A DNA stretch of 64,000 nt from Cyanophora paradoxa CCMP329 (lineage: Eukaryota > Plantae > Glaucophyta), in assembly GCA_004431415.1 (NCBI GenBank), contig QPMI01000259.1, positions 20,021-84,020 of the forward strand, written 5' to 3'. Below, piece by piece: positions 37,401 to 49,567 of the stretch (within the stretch, counting starts at the first letter, position 1; each line of letters opens with the position of its first letter). The position numbers and the translations under genes were made by a program. A model generated the notes under the pieces. It was not told where the DNA came from. It searched no databases and worked only from the letters and a program-made list of their open reading frames with translations.

Positions 37401-38466
37401 CTGGCGGCGGAGGATGGTCCGGACTTCGGCGACGGCCTCGCGGATGCGCGCCAGCTCCGCGATGTCCGCGTACCCCACCAGCCGCCCCAGCACTTGGTTC
37501 GTCGCCTGCCGCCCCCGCCCCTCGCCCCGCGCCCCGCGCCCCCCGCCCCGGGCCCCGGCGGGGGCACCTCGAGGTACACCGCCGCCTGCCGGTAGTCCAC
37601 CTGCTCCGCGAAGCCCTTGAGCAGCACCGACGCTTGCACTGCCCGCCCCGGCGTCGCCCCACCGGTTTGCGGCGGGCCCGCGGGGCGGGGCGCACGGAGG
37701 AAGCGGACGCGGAGGAGCGTGTTGACTTCGTCGGCGAGGGCCTGCGCGGCGGTGTGCACGCTGGCGCCGGCGGCGACGGTGGGGCGGCCTCACCCGCTTG
37801 GCGCACTCCAGGGGCCGCAGCTCCGTGATGAAGACGCCCGTGGAGAGCTCCGCCTCCTCGCACCGCGCCTTCAGGTTCGCGAAGCGCTCCCGCAGCTCCT
37901 GCGCGCCCCGCCCCTCGGCCCCTCTCCCCGCCCAGCGCGCCGCACGCATGCGCACCCGAATGCGGCTCCCGGCCGCGGCGATGTCGTGGTGGGCCTTGGA
38001 GACGGACATCACGCCGTGCACCATCTCGTCCGTCATCCGACGCATCTTCGTCTGCAGCTTGTTGATGTACGGGCCAATGTTCGTCAGCGATTGCACTGCC
38101 GCCGTCTCCGCGTTAGCTCGCGCCGCGCTGAGCGACGGCAACGAGTGGCTGGCGACCATGGCGGCGGCCCGCACCGTCCGGGAACGTTTTAGTAACGAAC
38201 GCGGCGATCTTGGGGTCGAGATTCTCGTCCAGGCAGGTCTCATTCTCAGCAGCGCCTGCGCGCCAACACAGTGAGCACCCACTGGCGCGACATCGCTGCT
38301 GCGGCACGACGCTCGTCGCTCGAACGAGCGCTGCGCGATTCGAGAGCACCGCACCATCGTCCAGGCTCCGATGCGCGCTGCTCACGGCGGCAATGCGGTC
38401 CGAGATGCTCGCCGCCAGCGACGCCGGCGGGCCGTCTTCATCAGACTCACTGTCAGAGTAGACCAT
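31419..38466 (-). CDS. Apparent fusion: Vps53 N-terminal domain + PATROL1/DUF810 (Munc13-like MUN) region
   Basis: Vps53N motifs (ATLEATERRFAWMR, LFPAGWGVAEALCAEFCSLTR, LFAMQKTIEFEK, FLGLISQ|CFERY) continue in frame into PATROL1-like motifs (LNDEHLS|AAAYEHL, PADFDKKSEFKAWQDRQ, KLNNLHFA, KVVYVDLR, KVLARRKDPAAREF). Confidence 0.7.
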
Positions 38467-38663
38467 CTCGCGGCGAGGGCCGTCAAGCGTCAGCTTTGGC
38501 GAGTCGGGTCGGGCCCGGTCGGGCCGGGCCGGGTCGGCTGAGGGGGGGATACACTGAGTCAGCCGGCTCCAGTTGATCCGCAAACGCAGCCAACCAAACC
38601 CACACACAACCCCCAAGTTCGACAGCAGCGAGCGCTCGACAGCAGCGAGCGCTCGTGCGAGCG

Positions 38664-39429
38664 ATGGGCCTGCGAGTTGTGCCCCATGTAATCGACGGCG
38701 CATTCCTCATCGAATGCGACCGCTTCCACGATAACCGGGGCTTCTTCCAGGCTCGCTTCCCCCGTCTCATCGATCGCTCTAGCTAACTGCCGTCCAGGAG
38801 TTGTACAAGAAGACGACCTACCCGGAGAGCATGGTGCAGGAGTGGGGCCAGATCAACATTAGCATGTCCAACAAGAACGTCGTGCGCGGGATGCACACGT
38901 CGCCCTACCCCAAGGTGCGCTCCCTCGCGGCACATCGGTTGGCGGCTGTAGCTCACGCGCGCGGGAACAGCTGGTGTGCGTGATGCGGGGGCGGCTGATC
39001 GACATCGTGGTGGATCTGCGCGAGGGCTCCCCGACCTACCTGAAGCAGTCGGTGACGGAGCTGTCGGCGGACGTGCCGCGCCAGAGCTACATCCCCGCCG
39101 GCTGCGCGCACGGCTTCTACACCTGCGAGGACGACACCGCCATCCTCTACATGCAGGTCCGCCCGCGCGCGGCGGCGGGGCGGGCGGCTCGGCGGGGCGG
39201 GGCGGGGCGCGAGAGGGCGGGGGCGCAGGGCGTCTTTGACCCGGCACGGGAGATGGACGTGAACTGGCGGGACGCGACGCTGGCGATCGCGTGGCCGGCG
39301 AGCGACGCGTACGTCCTCTCCGACAAGGACCGCAACGCCCCCGACCTCGCCACCTCCCGCCGCAACCTCGCTGAGCGCCTCGCGCGAGCCCGAGAAGCTG
39401 AGAGCAGGGCGCCCCAGCCCCCCGGCTAG
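38664..39429 (+). CDS. rmlC: dTDP-4-dehydrorhamnose 3,5-epimerase (RmlC, cupin), 4 exons
   Basis: FHDNRGFFQ|ELY..NISMSNKNVVRGMH..PK|LVCVMRGRLIDIVVDLREGSPTY..YIPAGCAHGFY..LSDKDRNAP. Confidence 0.9.
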
Positions 39430-39564
39430 CGTTGGGCGCCCCACCTTCGACCTCTCCCGGAGTCACGGTCCCGGCCCGGCGGAATCCTGGGCTGTTGAAG
39501 CTTTAGATTTCAGATTTCACCGTACCCCTGGGCCTCCGCCCGGCCAGCGGTCGCCGGCCTGGCG

Positions 39565-39700
39565 ACGGGGAAGGGGAGGGGAAGGGGAGGGGAAGGGGGA
39601 GGGGGAGGGGGAGGGAGCGGGGGGGGGGGGGAAGGGGGGGCGGGGGGGAGGGGGAGGGGAGGGGGGGGAGGGGGGGGAGGGGGAGGGGGAGGGGGGGGTA
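39565..39700 (+). repeat. Polypurine (GGGGA)n / poly-G tract, G-quadruplex potential
   Basis: ~135 bp almost exclusively G and A. Confidence 0.9.
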
Positions 39701-39739
39701 GGGCCTAGTCGGCCGCCGGGCTGCTGGGCCTTCGCCTAG

Positions 39740-40530
39740 ACACTGACTCAGTGAGTATGCTTGCAACTTGGTGGGTACTAGTACTACAGGCTTCCGGAGT
39801 CCGGCCGCTGGTAGGCTGGGGGCAGGTTATCTTCGGAATCATGCCTGAATCATAATCAGTGATGAGCCATATGAATTAAATGTGAAACTTTAACGGTGCC
39901 GGGGCCGCCGGTGCTCGTCGCCCGCGTAATCCGAGGCTCCGTCGGACTCGGGACTTCGATCATGCATATGATGCTTGGGACTCCGGGGATCCGCAGGGCC
40001 GGGATCCGATGATGGGGATTTCAAGTTTCAAATTAAATATAAATTTGCTGATCGAGTTGCACACTAGTGCATTTGACTCATGATCATGCCATGATGATGA
40101 TCCGATGATCATGATCAGTGACCACTGTGTGTGCGTGTGCCCCACGGTGCCACGGTGACCACTGGCCATGACTCAGTGACTCACTGAGTCATGAGTCATG
40201 ATCCGATGATCAGCTGCACCGTGGCACAGTGCCATGGTGCTCTGCCGCAGTGCGGCAGTATACGCGTACGTAAACTTGAAACTCGAAATCGGCCTGCCAA
40301 GCCTTGAAGCTGCACTCTGGCACTGTCACATGGCAGCCTGGCAGTCACTGAGTCACACGGCGCAGTACCTCACCGTCACGGCGTGCCGCACTGCGGCAGT
40401 GCCGCAGTGCGTGCCGCCGAATTTGGACCGTCGGACTTCAGAAACTCCAAATATCATAGTATTTGGAGCGAGATCAGATCTAGAGCCTCGGAGCGAAAAT
40501 GTTGACGGCACCATGATCACTGAGTCATGA
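39740..40530. other. Intergenic DNA rich in overlapping short palindromes
   Basis: GTACTAGTAC, GATCATGATC, GACTCAGTGACTCACTGAGTC, GGCACAGTGCC, TACGCGTA, GCCGCACTGCGGC etc. Confidence 0.8.
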
Positions 40531-40662
40531 TTATAACAATTTGCCGCGCAGAAACGGTCCAAAGCGGAGCCTAAATTCGCAATCGAAACAAAGCCGAAGC
40601 ATGAGAGGGTGGCGCGGGGGTCGGATATGGCCGGTTTGAAAGGGCCGCGCGGGCGGGGCGCG

Positions 40663-43600
40663 CTACTTGGCCTTCTTGCTCTCGTAGAGGGCGCGGCGGC
40701 GGCTGTCGGCGAGCAGCTTCGGGTCGGCCGGCGGCTTCGCCTCGGGGGCGACCTCCTCGTAGCGCGACCACGCGATCTCCGGGCCCCGCGCCGGCACCCG
40801 CCCCAGGAAGTTCGCCGGCGGCACGTTCGCGTCCCGCAGCGGCGCCGTCAGCACGAAGACGCCTCCTCCCGCGATCAGGAACTGCGCCCCGCTCGCATGC
40901 GGGCGGGAGGCGGGCGAGACGGGGCTCTCACGCTGAGGGGGACGAGGGCGAGGACGAGTGTCGCGACGAGGAGGATGACGAAGATGGCGAGCGACATCCA
41001 CTCCACCTGCCACCGCGCCAGCCTGCCGGCCCCCGTCACCCCCGCCCCCCGCCCGCAGCCCCCCCCCCCGCCCCCCCCGCGGCCCGGCGCCCCGGGCGCG
41101 CTTTCCGAGCCGGTCGATGAGGGTGACCTGCGGGGGGGCGGGGCGGGGCGTGGGGGGAGTGGCGGCGGGGGCGGGCGGGGCGGGGGCGCGGACGGCGTCG
41201 GAGGTCATGCGCTGGACGGCGAGGATCTGGCCCTGGATGCGCCCGTAGAAATCGTACAGCACCTGCGCCCCCGTCCGCCCCGCCCGGCCCTGCGCGGGGC
41301 GGGGCGGCGCGGGGCGCGGACGCGGAAGTCGTCGGCCTTCTTGGCCTCCTTGACGGCGGCGGCCTCCGCGGCCTCCGCGAGGTCGTCCTCGCTCGGCGGT
41401 GGCGCCGCGAACTCCAGCTCCGACCGCTTCTCCAGCCGCGGCCGCGCCCCCGTCAGCTTCTCCAGCTCTGCCTTCTCCGCCGCCGGCAGCGACGCCCGGC
41501 GCTTCTCCTGCAGCGCCCGCTGCCGCTTCTCGAGGAGCTTGACCTGCGGAGGCGGCTCGGGGGGGCGGGGCGCGGGGCGCGGGGCGGCGTACGCGACTGC
41601 GCTTCTTGAGGTAGTTGGAGGCCATGCCGGCGGCGAGGGCGAGGGGCAGGAGCGGCGGAATCCAGTGGAGGTGCAGCGAGAGGAACACCTGCGCCGCCGT
41701 CGCCCCCGCACGCGGCGGGGCGCGCGGGGCGGGGGCACCCAGACGAGGCAGATGAGGAGGGCGCCGGGCTTGTTCCGCCACTGCAGGCTCGGCTCCAGCT
41801 TCCGCACGAACGCCGCAAGCGGCGCCGGGTCCGGGAAGGCGGCCCCGATCTGCTTGAACTGCGCCCCCGTCGGCCCCGCCAGCGGCCCAGCGCGCAGCCG
41901 TTCGCTCACGTTTTGGGTGATGAGGCTGAGCTGCACGGAGCTGCGGGGCGGGCGTCGGCGGGGCGGGAGGGGCGGGGCGAGGGGGGGCGCACGAGTAGCG
42001 CTCCTCGTGGAGGGCGAGGCGGGGGTCGTTGCGGTCGGGCAGCACGGGGTTCGCCACGTGCGCGAGGTAGTACGCCTTCTTGTCCACCCGCAGCTGCAGC
42101 CGCAGCCGCAGCCGGCCCCGGAATTTGAACCTGCCCCCCGCCTCGGCGGCAGCGGGGGCGCCGGCGGGGGCGGGCGCGCCCAGCGATGGTGGAAGCGCTC
42201 TGGACCTCGTTGCGGCGCCAGCGCTCCTTGTCGTTGATCTCGTACCTGCGGCGGCTGCAGACGCCGCGGCGCGGTCCGGGGGCGCTCGTGGGCACCACCG
42301 GTCGTGCGACGCCTCGTCGAAGAGGTCCCACAGCGGCACCCGCACGATCCCCATCTGGCCCGCCCCCGCCCCCTCAGCTGGCCTCCGACCCCCGCCGCCC
42401 CCGCCTGGCACACCAGGTCGTGGCCGCCGATTTTGTCCCAGTCCCAAAGCTCCACCGCCAGCGTCCCCATCGGCTCCGTCACCGGCCTGCCGCGGCGCGT
42501 CAGGCCGGGCCCCGCGGGGCGGGGCGAGCGGGGCGCGGTCGCACAGGACGTGCTCCGTGTTCCAGACGGGGTTCAGCGTCTCCATCTTCACCTCCCCCTT
42601 GATCGGCTCCCGCTCGAAGTGGATGACGTCTGCGGCGCGTCACGCCGGCCGCGCGCGGGCGGGGCGGGGCGGACAGTAGGGGTCGCTGGTGCCGAGGAGG
42701 TCGAGGGCCTCGAGCTGCTCGGCCTCGACGACGGTGACGCGCAGCTCGCCCCAGTAGAGCCGCGGCACCTGCACGGTCGGGTCCACAAACTCCCCGTGCT
42801 CCCCCAGCAGCGCCTTGCTCAGCGGCACACCCCCCTTCCCCGCCCCGCCCGCACCCGCCCCCGCCCCGCCCGCCACCGCCCCGACCCCCGCCCCGGCCCC
42901 CGCCGAGCCCGTCCTCGCTGTCGGGCTTGCGGGTGCTGGTGCGCTGGGCCCCGCCCCGACAGCCGCCGAGGCCGCCGAAGCGACCGCCGGGGCGTCCTCC
43001 GGGGCGGGCGCGGGGCCGCGGGGACCTCCACCGCCTCCCCCGTCTGCGGCAGGGGTCAGGGCCCCAGGGAGTGGGCCCCAGGCGGCGGGCGGGCCGGGCC
43101 TGGGCGGAGAGGGCGGCAGCAACGAGCGCGGCCGACTCAGCGGCGGCGCGCGCCGCGTCGGCCCCCATCCCAAACGCGTCCGAGAGCCGCCGCTGTGCCC
43201 GCCCCACCCGCCGGATTACCACCGGCGCCGCCTCCCCGACGACAGCCTCCGCGGCAGGGCCCTCCGCGGGGCCCTCCTCGCGGGGGGCGGCAAGGGAGGG
43301 CGCCTCCGGCGGCGCCTCATCGGCCGGCTCCGCCTCTACGGGCAGCTCGCGGCAGATGAGTCCGTCTGCCGCCCCATTTCGCGCCCCGCACCAGGGGGCG
43401 GGGCACCGCGCGCGCGCGGGCGGACCGTCCTCGTCCTTGGCGAGCCAGCGGGCGCAGGGGAAGTGGAGCGGGGGCCCCTCCCAGCCCTCGGGCTCGACCT
43501 CGACGTAGTCGAGGAACCAGCCGGGGCCGAGACCCGAGTTGTCGTGCTCCACCACCACCGCCCGCAGCTCCCCCACGTCGCCTGCGCCAGGGGGGGGGAG

Positions 43601-44293
43601 GCGGGGAGAGGTGAGGGGCGCACGGGCACCGGCAGCGCCCTGCGAGGGCCCCGCGCACTCGTCTCCAGCTTGAAGCGGTCGATCTGGAAGCCCTCAAACA
43701 TGTCGCTTTTCGCACGCCCACTCATCTCCTTGTCCAGCACGAGGCGCGGCGTTCGACCCAGCGTGCCCAAAAGCGCAATACTCACGTTCGCATCCGTCCC
43801 TAAAGGAAGAATTATAGGAAGAAGCAAGCGTCAGCAAGCGTCCGTCAGAAGACGCTAAGTTGATTATATAATTCTAGACCTCAAACCTCGAGGCCAGAGT
43901 CGTACCTGCACCTTGGACGTCGCCTGTGAACACGCTGACGTTGTAGCTTCTGCGCGGGGGTTCCGCCGCACGTGCACATGTGCGTCAGCTGCAATATCTC
44001 AGCGCGCGCGTCGCGCACTTCCTGGGGGCATCGTCTCCGAGCACATTCGCCGGCGCCGTCGGAGCGTCTAGCTTCGCTGCGACGGCAGCGGCGGTCTCGA
44101 CAGGCGGCTCGGCGGTCTCAGCGACCGGCGCGCTCCGCTCTGGCTCGACAGATGCGGCGGCGACAGGCTCGTCCTCCGGCTCCGGCTCCCTCTCCGGCTT
44201 CGTCGCAGGGTTAGGCGCGTCTGCAGCATTTGCAGGGGCGTCCTCGAGTTCGGCCGCGACTTTCTCCTGGGACAGACGCCGTTTCGGTCCCAT
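40663..44293 (-). CDS. PLAT/LH2 + C2 + MCTP-like membrane/PRT_C protein (multi-exon)
   Basis: PLAT: YNVSVFTGDVQGA|GTDANVSI..HDNSGLGPGWFLDYVEV..FPCARWLAKDED; C2: LRVTVVEAEQLEALDLLGTSDPY..TLNPVWN..VELWDWDKIGGHDL; hydrophobic hairpins and PPANFLGRVPAR like MCTP C-termini. Confidence 0.8.
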
Positions 44294-44479
44294 CGCTTTC
44301 GATGTGCAGCGACCAGCTGCAGGCCCGGCCAGGCCGCGGTCAACCAAGTACACCGGGGTACAGGGTTTCAGTGTGGTTCAAGGAGGCCCGGCGCGCGAGG
44401 AAGACCGAGCGTCAAAGTCGGCACACCCGTCGTCGGCATCGAGGAAACCCTCGTCGGCACACCCGGCTTAGTCGCCGCT

Positions 44480-47394
44480 ATGGGTTTCCTGAAGTCGGTC
44501 GGGCGGGCCTTTTCGAGCAGCCAAGCGCTCAAGTACAGTTTCCAGGTTCGCGAGAGCAGTCTCCGCCGCGGGCTAGTTCGTCAGCGGCGTTTGTTTTGAA
44601 TTGCCCGCGCTCCTGGCCGCGCCGGCTGAGCGGTGTCGTCGCGCTCGCAGGTCACCGTTGACTCTGCAACGAAGTGAGCTGCGATATGCAGCGAACGCCG
44701 AGCGCTTTCACCGCCGAGCGCTGAGCGCGGCCTACGCTTGCTCCGCCTGATGCCGCGGTTGACACAGCTTCTTCGAGGATGTGCGCAGCGGCGGGCAGCT
44801 GGTGCTAGAATGGAAGCGAGGAGAGAAGGCGAGCGAACGGAAGTGGAGCGCACCCAAGCGCGCACGCCTGACTGGTCCGCAGATTCAACAAACTGGTCCG
44901 GGGCAGCTGGCAATGCAGGAAGGTTTGACGGCGGCCGTTTGGCGCGAGACGCTCTCTCTGGTCTCGACAATATTTAAGACCAGCACCGGCTTCGAGAGCA
45001 AGGAGTCGAAGTTCACTGTGCTGCTGCAAGGCATTGACGGGCGCTCACGGCCGCTCGGCAACGTGTACTGGAACATGGCCGATGTGTGCTGTGCTGTCAA
45101 TTAGTCAGGCAAGCGGCCTGGCTGAGGCCCCGCGCAGTTCGTGTCGGCGGCGCCGGGGGACCACCGCGAGTCCGTCGTGATGCTCCTTCGCGCCGAGGTT
45201 CACAGCCCGCCGCCCCGCATCCCGTCGCCGCGCTCACCTCCATTCCAGGGGCACAAGCGCGCGAAGGTCCCGACGCGCCCGCCTGCATCTCTTTGCCCGC
45301 CGGACCGACCGCCGCGCAGAAATTCATCAAGGGTGGTCTGGCGGAGCCGTCCTGGGACGGCATCCAGCTGAGGGTGCCGGCCCCCGGTCGCCGGCGGCGC
45401 GGGGCGCCTGAGCACGGGGCGGCCAGGTGACGATCACCACGCGCTGGCTCCAGGACTACAAAAAGAGCGGGTGCGCGCCCCGCGGCCCTGCCTCGCCCCG
45501 TCCGCCGAGCGGGGCGGCGGCGGCAGGAACGACGACGCGGCGAGCGCGTACTCCGACCGCACGGGGGTCACCGCGACGACAGCGGACAGGTGCGTGGGGG
45601 CCGGCTCGGGGGCGGCGCGGGGCGGCCGACGGAGCGCGCAGCGCGGCGGCGGAGGACGACGTCGTGCTGGGCTCGCCCCGCACGCTGCCGACGCGCTCGA
45701 CGCTGCCCCTCTCTTCCGCCTACCCAGCCTCCTCCTCGTCGGGGCAGCCCTCTGGGTCGGTGACCTCGCGCCGCGTGGCTGCCGTCCCTCATGCGGCGGC
45801 AGGCTCGCCCAGCGCGCCGAGGCGATCGCGGCAAGGGCGGGGCAGGCCGCCAGCCGCCTCCAGCAGTGGGACCCCGCCCCCCTCGCCGTGCGCCGCCCAC
45901 CCCCCGCCGCCGGCGCTCGGCTCACCCCGGGGCAGGCCCCCGCAGCGCCCCCGCTGGCGCCGGACGCGAGCCGGGAGCAGCTGCAGCAGCGGGTGCAGGT
46001 GCGGGGGAGGTGAGCGGAGGGGGGCCGGCGGGGGCTGAGTGACGGGCAGATGCTGGAGCAGGCGAACCGGCAGCTGCGGAGCGACGCCGAGGAGCTCATC
46101 TCCCAGGCCCGCCCCGCCCCGCCCCCGCACACTCCCGCCCCCGCCCCTCACCTCGGCCCCGCGCAGCTCAAGAACCAGCAGAAGACCGGCGCCTGGCTCG
46201 CCGCCGAGCGCGAGCGCCTGCTCAAGGCCCTCGAGGAGCAGACTGCCGGCCCGACGCCCCTGCGGGTGCCCCCCCCCCCCCCCCCCCCCCCCCCCGCGCC
46301 GTGGCGGGGGGCGAGGTGGCGGACAGGCGACGAAGGACGCGAACGCGTGGCTGGAGCGGGACCGGGAGCGCCTCATCCGGGAGCTGCAGAGCGTGCAGGA
46401 GCGGCACGAGCGGGCGGCGCGCGAGGCCTCGGCCCGCGCCCGCGAGGAGGCCCGCGCCCACTTCGAGGCCCAGCTCCGCGAGCAGGCGCGCGCCCCGCCC
46501 CCGCAGCTGCCCGGCGGGGCGCCGATGCGCGGCAGATCGAGAGGCTGCAGGAGCAGTCGCGCACGCAGTGGCGCGGCGACGCGGCGCGCCTCATGGAGGA
46601 GAACGCCGACCTGCGGGTCCGCGGCGGCCCTCGCCCCCCGGCGCCGCGCCGCCACCCACGCGCTCGCAGCGGCGCCTCGAGGAGGCCCTCTCGCGGGACA
46701 AGCGCGCCTCCTACTCGGGCGAGTTCGTCTGCACCCGCTGCCACGTCCGCCCCGCCCCGGCCCCGCCCCCGCCCCCGCCTCACCTCGCCCCAGACCGACG
46801 CCGGGCGGCTGCGGAACAGCAGCAGCGGCAGCGGGGAGAAGGTCCGCGCCGCCGGCCGGCCCCGCGCCGCGCCGTGCCGACGGGGCGGGCGCAGGGCTCG
46901 GGCTCCCTGAAGAGCAGCATCAAGGGCTTCCTCGGCGGCGGCTCCTCTTCCTCCGTCCGTCCTCGCGGGGCCTGCGCGGCGCCGGGGGCCGGGGCCGGGG
47001 CGAGCGGGGCGCAGGGGTACGGACGGCGGGACCCGCAGGACATGGTGGACGAGTCCTACGTCCGCTCCCTGCAGACGGAGTGCGCGGCCCGCGCGCCCCC
47101 GGCCCCCTGGAATGGTCCGCCGATGGGCCGGCGCGCAGCCTCATCGATGCGAAGATGCGGTTGGCGTACGCGGAGACGGAGAAGGAGGAGATCAAGCAGG
47201 ACAACTTCCTGCTGCGGCGGCGCTCGCTGCTGATGGAGCAGGAGATCCTCAAGGCGAAGCGCATCCTCGAGCAGGGCGGCCTGGCCGGCCCCGACGAGCC
47301 CTCTTTCATGACCCTCCCTTCTCTCCCGTCCCTAGACGGCTTCGCAGAGTGCCTCCCTTCTTTCGGCGCCGCCAAGGACCGCGACAGCTACTAG
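44480..47394 (+). CDS. NT-C2 (EEIG1/EHBP1-type) domain protein with coiled-coil tail
   Basis: MGFLKS..KYSFQ|VTV..LVLEWKRGEK..VWRETLSLVSTIFK..FESKESKFTVL..LGNVYWNMAD|F; C-terminal LIDAKMRLAYAETEKEE. Confidence 0.75.
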
Positions 47395-47952
47395 CGGCCT
47401 CCGGGGGCCTAGTGGCCTCCAGCCTCTTTGCGGCCTCCGGGGGCTTAGCTAGGGCCTGCGTTTTGCTGTTACCATGGCGATTTGCGGCCAGCGCGAGGCG
47501 TCCTCGCCACACCGAATGCGGCGGGCCGCCCGGGCGCGTCTTTAGCTCCTCGCTGTGCATCTGCGCCGCGCGCCAGATCGCCTAGCGCAAACATTTGGTG
47601 GAAAACAGCTTTAAATTTCAGAAAGCAAATTGCGATATACTAGTACCGGTAGATGACGTACCGTAGTACGCGTAAACTCAAGTGTAGATTGACGTTTGGA
47701 TCCGGATGCACTGCGGCAGTTTCATGTCGACGTCTAGATCCGATGATCCAGTTCGAATTCAACGGTTTGATTTTACGTCATAGCACGTGCACGATTTGTA
47801 TGGGGAAAAGTTTGCCAAGTTGTATGCGAGGATCTTGAGCTTAGCTTGTCAAGGTGGCAAGCTTAAGGCGCTCAAGGTACACCGGTTGGCTTGTCAAGGC
47901 GAGGGGGGTACCAAGCCCAGTCCCTAGCAGCGGCACAGCGCCGCAGCGGCGG

Positions 47953-49465
47953 ATGGCGCCGCCGGCCTTCCAGCCGCCGGCTTGCGTAGCCGTCAGCACC
48001 GGTACGATAGTAGGTCGCCGCGTGCATGTTGTGATTCTTGCAGCACGCGCCAACGCGATTCCAGGTCCGCTTTTTGCACCCCTGGGCGGATCCGGCAGCG
48101 GGCTGAGCGGCTTCGATCTGCTTTCTGCATCGCGTACACGGCGGTTCGAGCGGCGGCGGTTCGAGTTCTCGAGCCGCACGCCCTGCCAGATTCTCCGTCC
48201 TGCTGGGAGGGCGAGGCTGCTCGTCTGCGCGTCTGCTGCGGATGAAGGCGTTCAGACGTTCGCGGCACCTACTCCTTCCCCCCCTAAAGCTGCGGAGCCT
48301 GCCGAGCTCGAGCTGCTGAACGGCTCGCAACCGGTGAACGGCTCGCAACCGGCGCCTGGGGCGGCCGGATCTCCCCCTGCGCAAGCGGCAGAGGCAGCTT
48401 CGTCGCCGCCAGGGCATCACCAGCCGTTCAGCAGCACGGGGATGACGGTGGCGCTCGCTGGGGCGCTCGCAGTGTCTGCGGTTGGGCTCGCGGCCTCGCA
48501 GGGCTTCTCCCCCGAGGGGACGCTGCGGCTCGTGACGTCAAACCACTGGATCCAGGACGGCCTCGCGACGGGCTTCTCCGTGGTGGCCGCCACCACCTGG
48601 GTCCGCCTCTGGGAGCTCGCCTGCGCTCGGTGAGGCCCGGCGCGCGCCGCCCCGCGAGGCCGGCGGGGGCGACGGGGGCGCAGGGGCGTGGTGGGCCAGA
48701 AGCTGAGCCGGAAGATCGTGCACTCGACGTCGGGCCCGCTCTTCGTGCTCGCGTGGAACCTCTTCAGCGGGGCCCCCGAGGCGCGCTTCCTCGCCGCCCT
48801 CGTCCCCGCCATCAACGGCCTCCGCCTCCTCCTCATCGGCACCGGTCCGCCGCCCCCTCGCGCTCCCCAAGTGCGCCGGCGGAGAGCGGGGCGCAGGTGT
48901 GGTGCAGAACGAGCGGGCGGTGCGATCGGTGAGCCGGGAGGGGGACAGGCGGGAGCTGCTGCGGGGCCCCCTCTACTACTGCGTGGTGATGAGCGCGTGC
49001 ACGGCGCTCTACTGGCGGACCAGCCCCGTCGGCATCGTCGCCCTCATGCTCATGTGCGGCGGCGACGGCTTCGCCGACATCGTCGGTCCGCCCCGCCCCG
49101 CCCCGCCCCGTCCCGCGCCGGCGGGCGTGACGGTGGGGCGGGCAGGGCGGCGGTGGGGCGCGGTGACGGGCCCGCTGCCGCTGAACGGGGCCAAGTCGTG
49201 GGCGGGCTCGCTGGCGATGCTCGGGGCCGGCTTCGCCTTCTCCGCCGCCTTCCTCGCCCTCTTCGCGGCGGCGGGGCACATCGACGCCGGCTTCGCCCTG
49301 GGGGCGCCGGGCTCGGGGCTCCTCTCGGGGGCCACCGTCGCGAAGCTCGCCGCCGTCGCCGCCGCGGCGACCCTCGTCGAGGCCCTCCCCTCCGAGCGCC
49401 TCGACGACAACTGGTCCGTCCCCCTCGTCGCCCTCCTCCTCTCCTCCCTCCTCTTCCCACGATAG
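47953..49465 (+). CDS. VTE5: Phytol/farnesol kinase (VTE5/FOLK family) with plastid transit peptide
   Basis: LSRKIVHSTSGPLFVLAW..RSVSREGDRRELLRGPLYY..YWRTSPVGIVAL..CGGDGFADIVG|RRWG..KSWAGS..LDDNWSVP. Confidence 0.9.
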
Positions 49466-49567
49466 GCCCGCCCGCCCCGCACCGCACCCCGCCCCCACAG
49501 CCTTTGAATAGACTAGAATATACCGCACCACAGCTGCAGAATAAGACAGAATAGGGCAGAGTGGCAG

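Noticed and set aside
37760-37800. Apparent frameshift or GG donor in the Vps53 region (AKR|VHT)
   Set aside because: Explained by a GC donor (AA|GCGGGT) or a 1-nt sequencing error in GC-rich DNA
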